Below, piece after piece: positions 14,643-27,980 of a stretch of DNA of 64,000 nt; the stretch's first letter is position 1; each line of letters begins with the position of its first letter. Made by a program: the position numbers and the translations under genes. The stretch is from Callorhinchus milii (lineage: Eukaryota): contig NW_024704746.1 in the NCBI RefSeq assembly GCF_018977255.1, forward strand, positions 6,014,001 to 6,078,000. Direction: 5' to 3'. The notes beneath the pieces were generated by a model. The model was not told the origin of the DNA. It worked only from the letters and a program-made list of their open reading frames with translations, and searched no databases.

Positions 14643-15085
14643 ATAATACTACTAATCCTTGCATTTGATACAGCTGCTTATCATGTTGTTGAGATATTTC
14701 AAAACGTTTCACAGGATTTACAAGTGTAGTTACTGTGTATTTTGTGGCTGAACTGCGGCAGCCGGTTTGCGTACCCTAGTGTCCCACAAATAGCCATGGT
14801 GTGAGCGACCAATTTTATTTGGGCGATTTATTGGCCAGGACACTGGGAGAAACTTCCTTCCCTTTTCGAATTGTGTCATGGGATCTTTAACGTCCACCTG
14901 AACAGGCAGACAGAACCTCGGCTTAACGTCTCATCCGAAGGACAGCACCTCTGTCAATGTAACCCCCCCACCCAGCACTGCATTGGAGTGTCAGCTTAGA
15001 CTATGTGATTCCAAATCCTGATGTGGGGCTTAAACCAACAACCTTCTGATTCAGTGGCGAGAGCACTACCATTGCACCAGGCTGT
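14643..15085 (-). mobile_element. Deu-domain SINE (AmnSINE1/SacSINE1-like), near full length
   Basis: Contains gggatctttaacgtccacctgaacaggcagac..cctcggcttaacgtctcatccgaaggacagcacctc..cagcactgcattggagtgtcagc, the reverse complement of the recalled Deu domain, plus a tRNA-like head and shared tail. Confidence 0.8.
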
Positions 15086-15833
15086 CATACGAGTCTACTT
15101 ACCCTGATACTGTTTCTGCTGGTTCGTAGTGCTGTGTTTAAATATTGCTTCATTTGCTTCTGAATTATTCGCCTTCCTTAAGCAGAGATGTTGCAGGGGT
15201 TCTGGAAGCTGAGACCAGTACTTACCTAACTTCAGTGATTCTCAATAACTTCAATGACTTGAAATAAAAATATCCCTCCCCCAATTGAGTGTAAAAGGAA
15301 TGACTGCTAGGAGGGCAATCTGTAGAAGCAACAACAAAATTGGAATAGAGGACAAGATTGGAATTGTGATGATTCCCAGCATGACTCAGTGCTCTGAAGG
15401 GGATGAAAACATTTAAGTTCCCATTAGCCAAAACCTAAAATCACTGTGAAGGCTGATGAATTGATTGCATTGTAAAGGTTTTCATTGACATTCAGTATTT
15501 GGAAAACTTGACTCACCAGCTAGCTTCGTTTCTTTAATGGTTAACTTTCCCTTTTTTAAAGGAATCATCGTTGTGCACAAAAAGGAAATATATTAATATT
15601 TTCCTTGTATTGTAGAATTAAATGCTAAATTAATGTAATGCTACATAATATTATTACCTAAAGTCAGCCATGCCCATCCAAGATGCAGTTGACACCCTAC
15701 AAAACCCTCAGTGATGTGGATAGGACTTTATCAGGTGTAAGTGCAATCAAGAGTCTTATCGAGCTTTAAAGGTTTCCCTTTTTGGAGAAGAAAACATGAA
15801 CAGTGTTTACCCTGATAAGTTTCCAAAGAACAA

Positions 15834-16230
15834 ATAATAATAATAATTCTTATATTTGTTATAGCACCGTGCATGTCGCAAAAATGTCTCACACTACACC
15901 CCAGGTTGTACTGTAAAGTGTAGTGACTGTATTTTGTGGGTGAACACGGAAGCCAATTTATGCACGACAACGGTCCACAAACAGCCATGAAGTGAATGAA
16001 CAATTTTATATGGGGTATGTTGGCCAGGACACCGAGAGAAACTCCATTACTATCTTTCAAATATATTTAATGTCAAGTAGGCAGAGGCTCACGCATCTCC
16101 AATAATGTAGCATTCCCCCCAGCACTGCATTAGCATGTAAGCTTGGACTACATGAGTTCCAAGGCCCAAATGGGGTTTGAACCCACAACCTTCTGATTCA
16201 GAGGCATGAGCACTGCCAAGCTGAGACAAG
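15834..16230 (-). mobile_element. Deu-domain SINE, degraded
   Basis: Colinear similarity to 14643-15085 (ttggccaggacacc..gagaaact; tttgaacccacaaccttctgattcagaggc). Confidence 0.7.
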
Positions 16231-16984
16231 ACAACATTGAGTGGATAGCATCAGTGAGTGATCCAGCTGAGCACAGAGTTTAATGATTAAAAGGAATTGT
16301 GCACATCCTTATGTTGAAAGTTGCACTACTTAAAATAAATTATAGAATGCCACACCTCTAAATTTAAATGTCGCTGACATTGAGGTTATGTAATGGTAAT
16401 CCATTAGAACAGTTATTATGGCAAAAAAACTCACCCAGTTTTATTGTTGTCACTCACATACAGTATTTAGAGGATGTAAAATGTGAGCCGAAGAGCGACT
16501 TTCCAACAGATAATGCCTTTGTTAAAATTTAGCAATCCCTGAATAAAAGAGTTGATGCCATACCGGTGGAAACGGAGGTTAGGTAAGACACACAGAGCTT
16601 CACTGAACAATATGTCAGTCTGTCATCATTGCAGCCCACGCAATGAAAATTACTTCAACTTTAGTTATGTAAACCATGCAACAGAAGCACTTTGCAGCCT
16701 GAAACAGCGATTTCTAACAGGATTCCTTAATTTGGAGTATGAGTAATAATGAAAACTGTCCGTTAACTGCAACAGTATCACGACAACCCATGGAAACTCT
16801 GTTTCTGGAATGGAGTTCCCACAGGTTGGTAAGACAGATTTCAGTTGCTGAAAAGAGACTTCTTTACACCCCCCTCCTCAATTTCTGCATCAAAATTCTT
16901 AATCACAAATCATCATGTTTCACACCCCATTGACTTTACACTTAAAAATAATCCATGCATTTTATAAAGTGCCTTTCACAGCAA

Positions 16985-17450
16985 AAACACCTTGCAGTTA
17001 TATAGTGCCCTCCACACAGGGTAGCGTCTCAGAGTGCTTAACAGTGGCGGAGCCTGCCTCCGAGATGGGCGAGGAGAGGTGACCGTAAGTATGGTCAAAA
17101 AGGAAGGTTTTCAGGAGGGACTTTAAAAAAGGGGAGAGAGGGGGCAAGACGGAGGGATTGAGGGAGAGTGTTCCGGAGCTTCGGGGCATAGTGGCTGAAA
17201 GCATGACCTCCAATTGTAGAGCAGAGGGTGCGAGGGACGAGCAGGAGGCCAGTGCCAGTCGAGCAGTGGCGCAGTGTGGTGGATTGGGAAGTGAGGAGGT
17301 CAGGGAAGTAGGGAGGTGCCATGGAGCAAATGGATTTGAACACAAGTGTGAGGATCTTGAAGTCCGTTCAGTATGGGGAGCCAGTGAGCATGATCAGAAC
17401 GAGTGCAATGGGGATACAGAGTTTGGTCCGGGTAAATATGCAAGGGAACA
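16985..17450 (-). mobile_element. L2 3' fragment (second tail family)
   Basis: Translates GGHAFSHYAPKLRNTLPQSLR...LKTFLF, typical L2 ORF2 C-terminus. Tail ctctgagacgctaccctgtgtggagggcactatata. Confidence 0.85.
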
Positions 17451-18309
17451 TCTCAAAGTGCTTCAGAGGATTTGGTGTAAAATGTACTGACTATTTTGTA
17501 GAATAACTTTACTAATGTTTACACTGTATTCCATCACAAAAATAAAGAAACATTTTGGAGCATGCTATGTGATAACAAAGACGAGCATCAAAAAGAATAA
17601 AGAACTGTTTTGACAAAGGCTGAAGCTGTGATATTAAACTGATTTTCTCTTTCATTTGTTTGAGTGACTAGGGATTTCCAGCATTTATTTTTATTGTAGA
17701 AGAAAGAATGCATAAATACAGAATTTTGGCTTTGGGTAAAATTTGTTTAACTCAAAGGTTTGACTTCTCTGGAAGAAAAAGCTTACAACTGGTGATGCAT
17801 GCAGAGCATAGATTTGGAAATTCTTATGCCAATTGCAGATGGAACGACAATCAGTGCCAGGCAACATCAGCAACAACTTGCATTTATTAACACAGGATTA
17901 TCTCTTGAAGCACTTCCCACAAGGGAGGGGTTGGAGAATGCACAGCAGTTCTGTATCTGCTGGGAAAAGGGGACAGATAGAGGAGCAGGGTATGAGCAGC
18001 CAAATTCATGCCTTGGTTGTTTCAAATACTATATAATGTAAGCTGGAAGTTATCCACCTACATAACGTTCTTGCAATGTTTCTAGTCAAGTGCAAGAGTT
18101 TTAATAACTTCATTAGCAAAATTCATTTCTTTCTGATCTGGCAGATTAGGTCAGTGTAACAGAAATGCTGAATTACGCCCAGTCAATTTCATTATTTTTA
18201 GCTGATACAGTTCTAATCTGTACTTTACAAAGGGTAACTTCAGGTGTTGCCAACCCATAATTAAAATTCTTTAGGCAAGTGTATGTAGGCTGAATTTCCC
18301 GTTCTAACA

Positions 18310-19690
18310 TTGTTTTAAATAGCCGTCATCAATCATATCCTTAAAAAAACCCTCCCCGCCCCATCTTCAACCTCCCTTATCAAGGTCCTGGAACGAGTCA
18401 CTGCTTCGCTTGTTCCTCTCCCGCCACTCCCTTCACAAACCCCTCCAATTGGGTTTCCACAGCACAGTGACAAACAACATTTTGTCCGTCTATGACCAGG
18501 GCTCCCTCTGCCTCCTCATCCTCCTTGACCTCTCTGCTCCTTCGATACTGTTGACGACTCTATCCTCCTCCATTGCCTCTCCTCTCACCTCAACTTTCAT
18601 GGTTCTGTCCTTGAATGGTTCAAATCGTACCTCTCACACCGTCTCCACTTCATCTCCACAAACGGCTTCTCCATTAGTGGCTTCTCCTCTAGCACCATCT
18701 TGTGTGGTGTTCCTCAGGGCTTTATCCTTTTCAGTATCTATATGCTCCCTCTTGGTGACATCATCTGCAGACATGAGGCCAACTTCCACATATATACGGA
18801 TGACACCCAACTCTATCTCTGCCTCCACGCTCGACTCCAGGACCACTGCTGTCCTGACAAAATGTCAAGTCATGAGAACTAACTTTCTACAGCTGAACGT
18901 CAACAAGACCGAGGCTCTCCTGATTAGCTCCGGTCAGCACCTCCACAAGCACTGACAACATCACCATCCAAGAATGTACACTCCACCTCACTGACCCAGT
19001 CTGGAACCTTGATGTCTTGTTTGATCCTCAACTGTCCTTTCTACTTCACATCCGTACCATGACCCGCTCTGTCTTCCCCTACCTCCGCAAAATCGCCTGG
19101 CTCCGCTACTGTCTCACATCGCAGGCCACCGAGCCCCTCATATACGTATTCATAACATCCAGATTTGACTACACAAACTCCCTGCTTGTCGGCCTCCCCA
19201 ACTCCTCCCTCCATAGGTTGCAGATCATCCAGAACTCTGCAGCCCATGTCCTCTCCCTCACCAGGCTCTGCAACCCCATTGTCTGACCCCATTGGCTTCC
19301 CACCACACAGAGGATACAGTTCAAGATCCTGGTCCTCACTTTCAGTGTTCCTCCATGGCCTTGCTCCCCCTACCTCTGCGGCCTCCTAGCCCTTTACCAA
19401 CCTGCCCGCTCAGTGGCTCCAGCCTGCTTCACGACCCTCGCTTCATCCGTCCCACCATTGGCGGGCGGGCCTTCAGCCACTCTGCTGCTACCCTCTGAAA
19501 CTCCATCCTGCAAGTCCCTCTGCCTCGTCTCCTTCAAGACCTGTCTCAAGACCCTCCTCTTAGTGTCTTTGGTCACCCTCCTTCCCCCCCCTACCCTCAA
19601 CTCGGGTCCAAAACCGTGATTGCCCAGCACCATGGGATGTTCTCCTGATGTGAAAGGTGCTATGTAAATGTAATTTTGTTGTTGTTTGGC
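18310..19690 (+). mobile_element. Degenerate L2 (LINE2) element: 3' part of reverse transcriptase ORF plus 3' tail
   Basis: Frameshifted RT motifs LILLDLSA, CGVPQG, FHIYTDDTQLY, NFLQLNVNKTE, FITSRFDYTNSLL, IQNSAAHVL. Tail tgaaaggtgctatgtaaatgtaattttgttgttg. Confidence 0.92.
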
Positions 19691-20120
19691 CACTAGATTT
19701 ATTGTTAAGATATTGTGCATAATTTAACCACAAACTAAACCACATTAAGTTTCTGTTGTCAGCATCAGAAAGGAACAAGAAAGAGCCCTTCATAAGCCTA
19801 CTAACCCTTGGAAAGTTGCATGGGTTTGGGTCACATAATCAGAATAGGTAGTACACCTGGTATTACTGAATGAGATGTACAATAGGTTTTATGAGGCTGA
19901 AGGTTTCCAAGATGTTGCCAGCATGGAGGGCTCTATGTAAATCCAAGTTATTGTTGGTGTTGATTATGATGATTGTTTCAGTCACTGGGACCCAGTGGCG
20001 TAAAATTTAGCGATAAGCCTTTCATTTTTTAAAAAAAAGAAAAATGAACTGTTCGCCAGGTGTCAGACGATATTTTAAAGGGAAAAGTCTTCAAGTGGAA
20101 GTTTTTTTTAAAAAAAACAC

Positions 20121-20440
20121 ATTATCATCAGAATAATCCTTACATTTGATATAGCGCCTTATCACTTCTTTGAGACGTCTCAAAGCAGTAAACAGAATAT
20201 AATGTAAGGTCAATTGATTGTATATTTTGTGGGCGAAACATGGCAGCCAATTGTGCACAGCAGTGTCCCACAAACAGTCGTGGATTGAAGTGACCAATTT
20301 TTTTTTAAAAAAGGAATTATTACTTCCGGAAAAGCGATCTGCCAATTGACCGGGTTCCTACTTACAGCTAGGTAAACAGAGGCGTGTGGAGCAAGGAATC
20401 GAACCCAGGTCTCGCTTGTGATCACTGAGCTACAGGACTC
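20121..20440 (-). mobile_element. tRNA-derived SINE, long subfamily
   Basis: Reverse complement has head gagtcctgtagctcagt, the gcctctgtttacctag segment and the shared tail. Confidence 0.85.
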
Positions 20441-23400
20441 TAAACTCTGTTCATTCTGCTAGCTTCCATCCTTTCAATGGAATTTTCCCTGGGTTTGTTT
20501 CTTAATATAGGAGTGGCTGACAGGAATGTTGGAGTTATTTAACCAGATTGTTTTTTAAAAAGTTAGAAAAAACATTTAACTGATGTAGACCCTTATACAG
20601 TAATAACCTCAGCGAGATCTATGACGTAAATTGGTCATATAATTTGCGCACACTGACCCGTATTGCATACTGCTATATAAAATAGAATTGTTACTATTAA
20701 ATCAGATATTTGCTTGAATGCTGTTTATTTGAAATGGAATGATTTTTGATTTAGTGAATAATTTCTCATTTTCGTTAAAAGGAAATATTAAGTGCACCTT
20801 ACTCATTTATAGTATGAATCTAACTCAGAACTTCTAAATTCTCTCCTCATCCAAATGCACCTCCAAATTCAAATTAATTAACCCAATCCTATCAATTAGC
20901 TCCAGAACAACATTCTCTTGATTTCTAATTAATCTTATTCCGTAAAGAACTTTGAGATGTTTCTTTTTGCTTTGTATTGAGAACTTTTGTTGAGAAGATT
21001 TCATGAATCTTTCAGTTGTGAATGTTCTGAAGCTCCCTGTGGTGGTGTTTTGTATATTCTCCTGATTAATGTGCTCTGTATTTGTCAGTTTATACTCCGT
21101 GAGAAAATCTGCTTATCTCATTACTTTGTCAAATCAATGGTGTAGCCAGGTAATTTAAATCAAAAGGGAATGTTTTTCACTCCTAGATTGAGCTGTTAGA
21201 GGGATAAGCTGTGTAACATAAGGGAAAAGGGAATAGAGGGTATAGAGGGGATCTGGAAGGGTGGAGGATCATGTGGAGTATAAACATAGCCACCATAGTT
21301 GGACTGTTTTGATCTGTTTCATGCAGTGCAGCCGTGTAATTCTATGCAACTGTGGAAGCATCAAGTCTCAGTCTGTCTTCATGCAGAAGTGAGAGTTTAT
21401 CCTTTCTGAAGTGCAGTTCTACGGAGGGCAGTTGTCAGTTCCACTGACTTTGCACCAGCTGAGATCAGCAATCAGAGATCACCTTAACAAGGGACAATAA
21501 CAACGACAAATTGCATTTTTATAGCACCTTTCACGTCCAGAGGATGTCCCAAAGCACTGGGACAACAACTTGCATTTATACAGCAGAGCGCTTCATCACA
21601 AGTTAATTAACTTTGTAACTCTACCTACAAAGTTAAAAATAGATATATTTTAAAAATTCCCCATATATGCATTTTAGCAGCAAGAAACAGAACATACAAA
21701 CAGGAGCAGGCCATTCAGTCTCTCGAGCCTATTCCACCATCCTATCAGATCACGGCTGATCTGTACCTCAACTCCAATTACCTGCCCTTGCCCCATATTC
21801 CTTGATACCCTTGCCTAGAAAAGTCTTGAACATTTGAATGGATCCAGCATCCACAGCTTTTTGAGGGAGAGAGGTCCTGATTTCTAGAAGCTGTTTAGCA
21901 GCTCTGCATCCCAAGTTTAAACTGGATCATAAAAAAGTGGAGGCCTTTGTCTGACAGCTTTTCAAAGATCCTGAGTGAAAGGCTTTCGGCATTCTCTCAT
22001 TTGTCTTTCTTGAGGGATTAAATGTACAAATGCAGCCCCACCCCCAGCAAAACGTACCATTCAGCTAACTTCATTTCTCAAAGGACAATCCGAGATAATG
22101 CAAAAGTTATGCTTTATTACTGTTTGAATTTCATCAGCTGAACAGGGTGTGGGACTTGGAACGGTTCTATTTCCTAATGTTGGTTTCAGTGCCTCCAACT
22201 GTTTTCAGAATTGTTTTTTCCCTCTCCTGTACCCGCCCCACAAACACATGGCCTCCTCCATCTGGAAGTTGACTGTTTTCACAGGCTGCAACCAAGCAGC
22301 AGAGAAGCTGCACTCCTGTTGCCCTGTGTCAGCAAGTGCCTCGGTTTGCCTGCTTGACTGATTAAATGCAGGATGTACTGTATTGAATAAGTGCTGTAAC
22401 TGGGCCTGTTTCAAGATCGTTTATCCGAAATGGTCTGTGAAATTCATAAACTTAATTTTGGATTAATTACAGCACATTAGTGGCAATGTTGTTTGCTCCC
22501 CATTGAAGTGAATATAAATGTAAAATGAGATGGCAAATGTAAAAGCTCCTGAGTTATGAATATTCACTGATACCGTTTGTCTGGCACTACATCAATTGGA
22601 TTACATTGTCATACAAACTACTTCATTTTTCAGTCACAGTGCAAATCTGGATTACTTCAATTTGGCTTAGAAGGTTACGGGTGGGTTCAAAAACTTAATC
22701 TTACTATGCTGCATTCATCCACATTAAATGAGGTTTATCATTTGTTAGCCAAACTGCCTAAAGGTTTCAGCCTGGCTCACTTTGCAGATTAACAACAACA
22801 ATTTGCATTTATATAGCGGCTTTCATGGGAAGATGTCCCAAGGTGCTGGATTGCTCATTAATTGACTATGTGGGATCTTGCTGTGTGGAAAATCACTTCT
22901 ACGTTTGACCTGGATATTTTATACACTTGCGATGTGTACAACCAGCTTCTGTACATGCTTTTCATCTTCTCTAGAAGTGTGATATGTAGTCATATTTTCA
23001 GTGTATGTGCTTCTTCACATCCAGCAGTTGTGTTTTAACAAGGTTGGGTGTTTGAGCCAGTCCAGGGAATCAACACTTAATTACACAAATCTGAATTGTT
23101 TTTTCTGCATCCCTGAAGTTAAAAACAAGTTGACTGATGCCATTTGCAGTGCTTGTTCAAACTTAAATAGTGATTTGTGGCAGATAAAGACACTTAAATC
23201 TTTTGGTGAGAAATTAAAATGATATTTTCTTTGTCCTGTAAAATATCAAGTAGTACATTATTGTACAAAACAGTTTCCAGCTGCATCCTGTTCAGAGTAT
23301 AGAGCTGACGGTTTTGAATGTTTTTCAATTTACTGCCATTAATATAAAGAGATGGATTCCTTTCATTTCTTAACCTGATGATTTTTCTTATAAGCCACAT

Positions 23401-23464
23401 TAGCCAAACAAAAAAAAGAATACTTCAAGGGCTTATTTACTTGAGTTTGGCTTACATTGATGGG

Positions 23465-23870
23465 CAGGTTGGAATGACGCAGTGAACTAGCAATTTGCAC
23501 TTCACTGTTAGGGCTTGTGATTGAAACCAGGCCACATTGATGGAATTGAAATGGTTCTTAGCAAAGTACATTTGAACAGTTTCAAACCAATTTCTGTTAG
23601 ACACATCACAAAAATGCTCACGGGTCACTGCTGTTTGGTTCTAGTTTTATTCACAAAGACCTTACATTAACATTTTGGGGAAATGGAAAAATTGACATTA
23701 CTGCAAGATTTTGAGGCAAAGGCACTTTGGCAGGGCAACGAGAAATATATTTAGCATTTGACTGTGTTATACCTGCTCTAGAAGTGCACACTGTAACACT
23801 TAAGAGAAAGAGAACATAGTGTTCTAGTAGCTGGCACCCTCAACTTCAGAATAAATTCAGCAACAAAATT
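23465..23870 (+). mobile_element. Old LF-SINE-like element
   Basis: Ordered segments resembling the recalled LF-SINE consensus: cacatcacaaaa, aggcactttggcagggca, tgtgttatacctg, ctggcacc. Highly diverged. Confidence 0.45.
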
Positions 23871-24412
23871 AAATGTGAAAATGTTATGGATAAACTTAAA
23901 AAACAGGAAAATAAACATCTTTGAACCAGCGATGATTCAAGTGAAGGAAAAGAAGTCCTACCTTACATCTCCCTTCCTATTGAGCCTTTATATATTATCA
24001 AAAATCGCTAAACATGCATAAGATTTTGTGTCTATAACAGAGCTTTGAATGGATATGAGTAAATGCCAAACTGCATGCTGTATGTATGAGTTAGAATCTC
24101 AGCTGGGACTAGCATCCATTTCAGTGAGAAGTTCATATTTGTTCAATGGGGCAGTTTGCTGAAATACAGAAATGTCTGTTTTGAATATGACTAGATCACA
24201 CAGTGGCAAAAATGCAGTTTTCATATATTCTCCAACCATTAATTTTTTGAGTAGTGTTATTAATGGTTTCTTTATACTATTTGAGCCAAGGTATATTGTT
24301 GTCCAACTTGATTTTATGTTGGACCTCTACTTAGACAAGTGTGCGACTGAAACTCATGATCATCTGTCACTTTATCTCACTTGGAGAGTGACTTTGACAG
24401 TTTTGTTTCACA

Positions 24413-24780
24413 TAATAATAATAATCCTTACATTTGATATAACCTCATCACATCATTGAAACATCTCAAAGAGCTTCACAGGATTTTACTACAAAGTGCA
24501 GTAAATATTTTTGTAGGCAAACTGCACACAAACTTCATGAATTAAATAACTATTATTTTGGGTGGAGGAGGTGAACTGTTGAAGGGACAAACTTATCCCT
24601 TTTCAACTAGTGCCAAGGGGATCTTTAACATTCACCAAAACAGGCAGCTTGGTTTAACATCTTATCTGAAGAACGGAAATGCTTTGGAGTGTCAGCCTGG
24701 ACAGTGAGTTCAAAGACTCAATGTGGGGCTTGAACCCACAACCCTCTGACTCGGAGGTGAGAGTGCCAGGCTGGCACAGT
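24413..24780 (-). mobile_element. Deu-domain SINE, degraded
   Basis: Tail, gggatctttaacat, ggagtgtcagcctggac and ttgaacccacaaccctctgactc segments. Confidence 0.7.
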
Positions 24781-26519
24781 TTGTGTTTGACAGCAAACAA
24801 TGGAACAATGTACACTACCTCCTTCAGGGTAGAAGAGTTGTCATTGCTCATTTGCCTGGCCTTAAGTCAGAAGAGGTTTGTGCGCGTGTGTGTGTCTCTC
24901 TCTTTTCTGTCTGTCCCCCTATACATCTGAGTCTCTGCCGTCTCTTTCAAAAACATCAAAACATTGGCCTAACATTCAATATTGTTGCAATGCAGTACCA
25001 CTACTTAAGAAAAGATGCAGGTCTGCCTTATAAAGTGTTAATTAAAAACAAAATATTGTTTTTCCTCAAAGTAGCAATCGTTTTTGTATGACACCAAGAA
25101 AATATTCTTCTGAATCTGGCGCTCATATTACTTCTCTGGCAAAAGAAATATCTTTAACCTTTAATCATTTCAACATACTGTACTATTGGTCAATAGTTCA
25201 AACGCTAGAGAAAGCATGCCCTTGTCATGAAAAGCAATCCTATATGGATTCAATTAAGTATAGCCATAACTGGATTGTATATTTACTTTACAGTCATAAG
25301 ATTTTCTGCAATTGAAAAATGATGCTGTAATAAGGATTAAATCTAATCTCCATCATAATGCTGCCTGTAATGTCTTGTCTGATGGATCACTTGGCATTGA
25401 AATACAATGGCCAAGATGTTTCTATTTCAGATTGTGCAAAAGAGGAGAAATTCCATCCTTAATTTTTTGAACTCTTATCTTCCCCCATCCATGTGACATT
25501 TGTTTTATTTGTAAACCAATTTTATTTGGACATTCGGAAGTCACATTTATCTTCAGATCCATAAAAAATACATTTTAGGATATGAATTATTGAACACATT
25601 CTGACATGTGTATTTATTATAAGAAATTTTTTTTAGGCAAAAATAAATTTGGAGAACTAGGAAGGTCACAGTTTCTACTGAATGATGCAGTTTGGTAGAG
25701 ATTAAATAAAAAGGGGGTGATATCGCACAAACCATTCCCTTTGTGCTCCTTGATCTTTTTCGCAACTCAAGCCCTCATGCTCTGTACCTTTCATGAATTT
25801 AATGGTGTGTTAGTAACTCCTCCAAATTGTTCCACCTGTTGTAAGAGTTTCGAGACTCTACCCTGCATGAAGGGTGCTGTGCAAGTTGTTGATGTTAGTT
25901 CATTAAGACAAGTGCAGTCTTGGATTTGATTATGTCAACTTAAATAATATTAGCTCAGTGTGAACTCTTATTTCTGGGCTAGGCAAAGGATTCTTGGGAT
26001 TGTTGGCAATTCAGTGATTTCCATCTGGAGTTGTGGAATGATGTTGAGCTTTAATAGTCAAATAGCTCACTGATACCCCCTTGTTCTGGATCACACAACA
26101 ACAACTTGCATTTACAAAGCACCCTTCATGCGGGTTAGCGTCCCGGGGTGCTTGACAGTGGAGTCTGACCCGGAGCCAATTCCAAATAAAAGAAGAAGTA
26201 TGGACATGTGAGCAAGATATCAGAAGACCATTGCAATCTGTTAAACCATAGCCCTCTTTGAGTCGCCTGACTTCAGTAAAAGAGAGCTAGAAAGGACACT
26301 GGGCTCTTAAAAATCTGCTTGATTCAAGTATGGGAAGGCAATAGGGATGTTTTTCTGGAGGATCAGATCAAATAGGCCAAACAACCTTCTTTATCCAACT
26401 TCTGCTAAATAATCTGAACATTTGTACATTGTTTGTGTTTGCATGTTTCCTAAAACAAGGCTACTTCAATTGTTTATCCATGAGTCAGGAGTCCTGCAGG
26501 ATAGTGGTTAGATCACACT

Positions 26520-26680
26520 CAATCCGCGACTGTTTGTGGGATACTGTTGTGCGCAACTGACTGCCACATTTTGCCCACAAAACACACAGTCAATTCACTT
26601 TACACTATATTCTGTGAAGCGCTTTGAAACGTCTCAATGACGTGAAAAGACACTATATCAAATGCAAGGATTATAACAAC
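26520..26680 (+). mobile_element. SINE 3' fragment
   Basis: caatccgcgactgtttgtggga...tatatcaaatgcaaggattat. Similar fragments at 3751-3850(-), 7980-8072(-), 9881-10035(-), 33105-33290(+), 47310-47510(-), 50630-50720(+), 53738-53880(-), 60285-60380(-). Confidence 0.8.
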
Positions 26681-27774
26681 TAAGTTCAGGTGAACCATTG
26701 ACAGGTTTTAAGTCTTTGGATTCTTTTTCACCAAAATGAACATTTTGAGTTGTATCAACTACATATGTTGCAAGGTTTACTTCCTTTTCCTATTGAGCCG
26801 GGAAGAGAAAACTTTTTACACTTGTCAGTTATTGTCGAGATTCACCACTGTCAGCGCTAGCCAGTGTGCTAGATTTTGGGTGCATGTGTTCACCACATTT
26901 ATTCCAAATATGGTGAAGCATAATAATAGTGTGTGGCTGGAATCCAAGGAGAACAACAATAAACCACCACACAGCTGATCCCCCAATCCAAGAGGCAAAG
27001 TAGACAGTCCACATCTGCCAAACTATTCAGCCCTGACAAGTATCTGACATCAATCGACAGGGTTTTAGTTGAAAAGTCTCTGTGACTGGCCATGATTAAT
27101 AATGATGAACAGTAGGAGAGAGCACTAGATAAATCCGAGTGTCGGATAATGTAATGCTAAGCTTGTCTCTATTTTAAGCCTGTTGATTGTAGAGAGTAGG
27201 GAAGAATAAGGGGGTAAGAGCAATTTTGTAAAGAATAAACCTGATCCATGTGAAGCCCAGGTTGGCGTTATTCAGGTATTAAAGCTTTACTTAGTACAAA
27301 CTTCTTTATCTGTATCTTCCAGGGAAGTTTACATTATCTAATACACGTTAAGCAAAAGTACCCACAAAATCAAATACAATTTGATTATTAGGTCTCAGAA
27401 AGTTTCTTCGTTCTCCCACAGAACCTAGTCAGTAACTGCTTGGAAAAATTTTAACAAATCGACAATGTTAAATTGACAAAGCTTGTTGTTGCTTCTCCTA
27501 CAGATGACTATAAACTGTAATTATGATTGAAAAGATTAAAACCCCACGCAGTTTAGAAGGAGTTTTCACGTCTGCAGAGCTTCATCTAAGATTTAATCTT
27601 TCGCACCACTTTGTGTGGATTTGCTGCAGTTACTGAGTGCATACTTCACTTGATCAATTGGGATGAGAAAGTGGCAATGACAAGATCATCAGACTGATGT
27701 TTTCATAGCTGCAGTTTGACTTTCCTGTTCATCACTGCTGATATCTAACAGTATGTTTCTCTCATCATACCCCA

Positions 27775-27980
27775 AGGTAGTTAGACTGTGGAATGCTCTG
27801 GTTGAGGCAGAATCCATATTATCCTTCAAGCGGGAACTAGCCAAATACCTTAAAAAGTCATCTTCAAGAAGATGGGGAAAGGGCAGGTAAATGGAACTGT
27901 AAGGATTGCTCTTTAGGGAGCTGGCACAGACATAATGGGCTGAATAGCCGCTTTCTGTGCCGTATATTTCTATGGTTCTA
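27775..27980 (+). mobile_element. CR1 LINE 3' end
   Basis: gttagactgtggaatgctct..gttgaggcagaatcc..ttcaag..atgggctgaatagcc..ttctgtgccgtatatttctatggttcta. Similar CR1 tails at about 21180-21350(+), 21690-21890(-), 12630-12930(-). Confidence 0.7.

Noticed and set aside
18410-19498. Cluster of ORFs resembling a reverse transcriptase gene
   Set aside because: Frameshifted, 5'-truncated L2 copy; not a host gene or an active element.
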